64,000 nucleotides of DNA from Gammaproteobacteria bacterium (GTDB lineage: Bacteria; Pseudomonadota; Gammaproteobacteria; CAJXQU01): assembly GCA_965238175.1 (NCBI GenBank), contig CBDEGZ010000003.1:1280001-1344000 (forward strand), given 5' to 3'. The notes below the pieces were generated by a model, which saw only the letters and a list, made by a program, of their open reading frames with translations, had not been told where the DNA came from and made no database searches. This document shows, in pieces, positions 61,592 through 64,000 of the stretch. The translations under genes and the position numbers were made by a program. The stretch's first letter is position 1; each line of letters starts with the position of its first letter.

Positions 61592-62817
61592 TGTAGAAGT
61601 TTAGACCCAATCTGACACATCACTAAATCAAGCGGAGCGTAGCGACGCTTGATTTAGTGAGAGTTACCCGCTTTGATGTAACTGCAACGTAAACATCAAA
61701 ACACAAAGAGGTAACTCTCATGATTCATACTAATGACAAAGTTATAAAACATAAAGTTGGTCTACTCAATCTCGCTGAAGAACTCGGCAATGTCTCAAAA
61801 GCCTGCAAGATGATGGGTTTGTCCAGAGATACATTTTATCGCTACAAAGAAGCGGCTGATGAAGGCGGTGTAGAAGCCTTGTTTGATCGTAATCGGCGTA
61901 CCCCAAATCTTAAAAACAGAATCGACCCGGCTATTGAAACCGTTGTGCTCGAGTATGCACTGGAAGAGCCCGCACATGGTCAAACGCGCACCAGTAACGA
62001 GCTGCGCAAACGGGGAACATTTGTCTCACCCAGTGGCGTTCGTTGTATCTGGCTTCGTCATGGTCTTGCTTGCTTTAAAGATCGCCTGAAGGCATTGTCT
62101 GATAAGGTAGCTGGTGAAGGCTTGATCCTCACTGAGTCTCAAGTCGCGGCGATGGAACGCAAAAAAGACGACGATGAGGCTTGTGGCGAGATAGAAACGG
62201 CACACCCTGGTTATCTTGGCTCGCAAGATACTTACTATGTCGGTACTTTCAAAGGCATTGGTCGGGTTTATCAACAAACGTTTGTTGATACTTACAGCAA
62301 GGTCGCTCACGCGAAACTGTACCCGACTAAAACACCGATTACGGCAGCTGACATGCTCAATGACCGCGTCCTCCCATTCTACGAAGAACAACGTTTGCCT
62401 ATGTTGCGCATTTTGACAGATAGAGGGACGGAGTATTGTGGGCGAGCTGACCAGCATGATTATCAGCTTTATATGGCGTTGAACAATATCGAACACACCA
62501 AAACCAAGGTCAAATCACCTCAGACGAATGGTATTTGTGAGCGATTCCATAAGACGATCCTCAATGAGTTTTATCAAGTCGCTTTGCGTAAGAAAATTTA
62601 CCAATCGATTGATGAACTGCAACTCGACCTTGACGAATGGTTGCTCAAATACAATACTCAACGAACTCACCAAGGCAAAATGTGCTGCGGGAGGACGCCG
62701 ATGGAAACACTCATCGACGGACAAGCTATCTGGAAGGAAAAGTTTGTGAATTAAACTTAACCTGACAGTCGGCTACTGATAATTGGGTAACTGTCAGATC
62801 AAATCTGAATTTCTACA
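61592..62817 (+). mobile_element. IS481-family element, copy 2 (1226 bp) with a 7-bp target duplication
   Basis: TGTAGAA...TTCTACA flanked by GATTAAT on both sides (61585-61591, 62818-62824). Confidence 0.96.
61720..62754 (+). CDS. IS481-family transposase
   Basis: Protein identical to 51225-52259. Confidence 0.95.
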   Translation: MIHTNDKVIKHKVGLLNLAEELGNVSKACKMMGLSRDTFYRYKEAADEGGVEALFDRNRRTPNLKNRIDPAIETVVLEYALEEPAHGQTRTSNELRKRGTFVSPSGVRCIWLRHGLACFKDRLKALSDKVAGEGLILTESQVAAMERKKDDDEACGEIETAHPGYLGSQDTYYVGTFKGIGRVYQQTFVDTYSKVAHAKLYPTKTPITAADMLNDRVLPFYEEQRLPMLRILTDRGTEYCGRADQHDYQLYMALNNIEHTKTKVKSPQTNGICERFHKTILNEFYQVALRKKIYQSIDELQLDLDEWLLKYNTQRTHQGKMCCGRTPMETLIDGQAIWKEKFVN

Positions 62818-62926
62818 GATTAATACTACTTCCAAACTGTTTTATGCTGGGCTGAGTCCAGCATCACTACTCATCTGTTTCGAATTATCAAACAAAGCAA
62901 TATCAATTTAACCTGCTCCTATTGAT

Positions 62927-63028
62927 AATCAACAACGCATTTATCAAACATTAGATTATCAATCTCCAAATGAGTTTGAATTATTGAATGCAGCTTAATT
63001 TACCTGTCCGTTTTTATAGGTAGTTTAC
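62927..63028 (+). mobile_element. IS3-family extreme 3' remnant
   Basis: NQQRIYQTLDYQSPNEFELLNAA* followed by an IR-like CTGTCCGTTTTTATAGG. Confidence 0.55.
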
Positions 63029-63029
63029 C

Positions 63030-63097
63030 CTGATCTTTGTTTTATGTTTATACTTTCGTTTTAGTACTCAACCCACTATTTTTATCTCGTGTTAGCG
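63030..63097. repeat. Half of a palindromic cassette-boundary-like element
   Basis: ACTCAACCCACTATTTTTAT...GTTAGCG; its reverse complement resembles ATAAGAATAGTAGCGAGT on the other side of the gene. Confidence 0.4.
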
Positions 63098-63106
63098 CTT
63101 TGTTAT

Positions 63107-63892
63107 TTAAGTTTGAGACCATTCTAATATACAGTTCTCAAAATTATTATTTCTCAAATCGTTTTCTTCTATAAGAATGTTAAAAACACCTTCATCATTA
63201 AATCCATTTTCTCCAATTTGCAAGAGAACAATTTTTGACTTCATTACCTCAAGCTTTTCTTCGCTAGATAATTGACAATTTGCGTACACACCAAAAATTT
63301 TAGATTTTTCACAACCATTAAAATCTCCCCAAATCTTTCCTTCCTTATTTAAGTTTAGAGCATTCATCTGATTTTTCTTGATGTCTTCATCACATGCACA
63401 TGTTAGTATGTTATCTTCACATTCCCAGCATTCTAAATCATCTTCATAAGGTTCTTCATAATAGTCAGAAAAAGATTCTTCGGTTGATCTAATTTTTTTT
63501 ATGAGTACCCCTAAAAAGAAATTATCTTCATGTTCAATTATTAACCGCCGCAAATTTTCATTTTCCACATCAACATAAATTACTTTTCCTTTATCTTTTA
63601 AAAGATCTGCAAAAAATATAAGCTGCCCTGTTTTTGGTAATAAACCAGTCTGGTCGTATTTAGAAATTTCTTTTAAATCCAATTGCCCTGCAAATCTCAT
63701 TTCCTCTGGGTGTTCCATATCTTTAGGTAAATCAACGACACAACCACCATAACGAGAATGACCTAATGGAATCTCTATTTCAGAATAGCTTACGCAATTA
63801 TCGCCCATCCAATCTTCCTTTTCCATGTAACTTGGATAGTATTTTTTTTCTTCTGCAGTTAATTCTATAATTTTAAATGATTCTTCTTTCAT
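63107..63892 (-). CDS. DUF1963/YwqG-family protein, very AT-rich
   Basis: SRYGG..DLP, FAGQLDL.E, LLPKTGQL.FF, SKIFG, LLQI, F.I...DL....F....L..SQT. Confidence 0.8.
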   Translation of the reverse strand: MKEESFKIIELTAEEKKYYPSYMEKEDWMGDNCVSYSEIEIPLGHSRYGGCVVDLPKDMEHPEEMRFAGQLDLKEISKYDQTGLLPKTGQLIFFADLLKDKGKVIYVDVENENLRRLIIEHEDNFFLGVLIKKIRSTEESFSDYYEEPYEDDLECWECEDNILTCACDEDIKKNQMNALNLNKEGKIWGDFNGCEKSKIFGVYANCQLSSEEKLEVMKSKIVLLQIGENGFNDEGVFNILIEENDLRNNNFENCILEWSQT

Positions 63893-63910
63893 AATTTTTT
63901 TATTTTTAAT

Positions 63911-64000
63911 GGCTGCGAATGATCTAGCATAAGAATAGTAGCGAGTTTTTACACACTCATTTTTTAGTTTAGCTCTGAACTTTGCTTCAAGATCAGCTTA
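63911..64000. repeat. Start of a palindromic cassette-boundary-like element (runs off the window)
   Basis: GCTGCGAATGATCTAGCATAAGAATAGTAGCGAGT..., complementary in part to 63066-63097. Confidence 0.4.

Larger units (their letters stand above)
61455..62910 (-). pseudogene. Degraded IS110-family transposase fragment interrupted by IS481 copy 2
   Basis: Joining the two flanks gives DIALFDNSKQMSSDAGLSPA*..FGSSINRSRLSK/GYAKLRKSLYLPAL...FNPLM with frameshifts. Confidence 0.7.

Overview
Chromosomal window of a low-GC (roughly 40% by eye) gammaproteobacterium, probably marine. The intact core backbone runs: smpB, NSS transporter, ratA-rnfH, bamE, fur-ubiE-ubiJ-ubiB, a moxR/bat vWA operon, gpsA-secB, gpmI-envC-ctpA-yibQ, aceE-aceF-icd-aceK-pepN, ispB-rplU-rpmA-obgE-proB, rpsT and murJ. 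Three accessory zones interrupt it. (1) About 2.4-10.2 kb, between rnfH and bamE: an atypical PHP-fold protein and an XRE-HTH/degenerate-HAD fusion, separated by a complete IS1111-type (IS110 family) element whose bridge/seek RNA guides can be read against its own target and donor junctions; this is followed by an integrase-less integron cassette array with 3 attC sites. (2) About 49-54.3 kb: a pile-up of IS4, IS3, IS481 and IS30 elements. (3) About 61.4-64 kb: an IS110 remnant hit by IS481, an IS3 remnant, and a low-GC DUF1963 gene flanked by palindromic half-repeats. Other oddities: a stand-alone GyrB-type TOPRIM protein, a lysyl-hydroxylase (PLOD)-like oxygenase-GNAT-AbgT operon, L21 with an HhH tail, an extended BamE, a MITE inside the bat operon, and many pseudogenised accessory genes. 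No rRNA, tRNA or CRISPR array was recognised. All calls come from reading motifs by eye; no database search was run.
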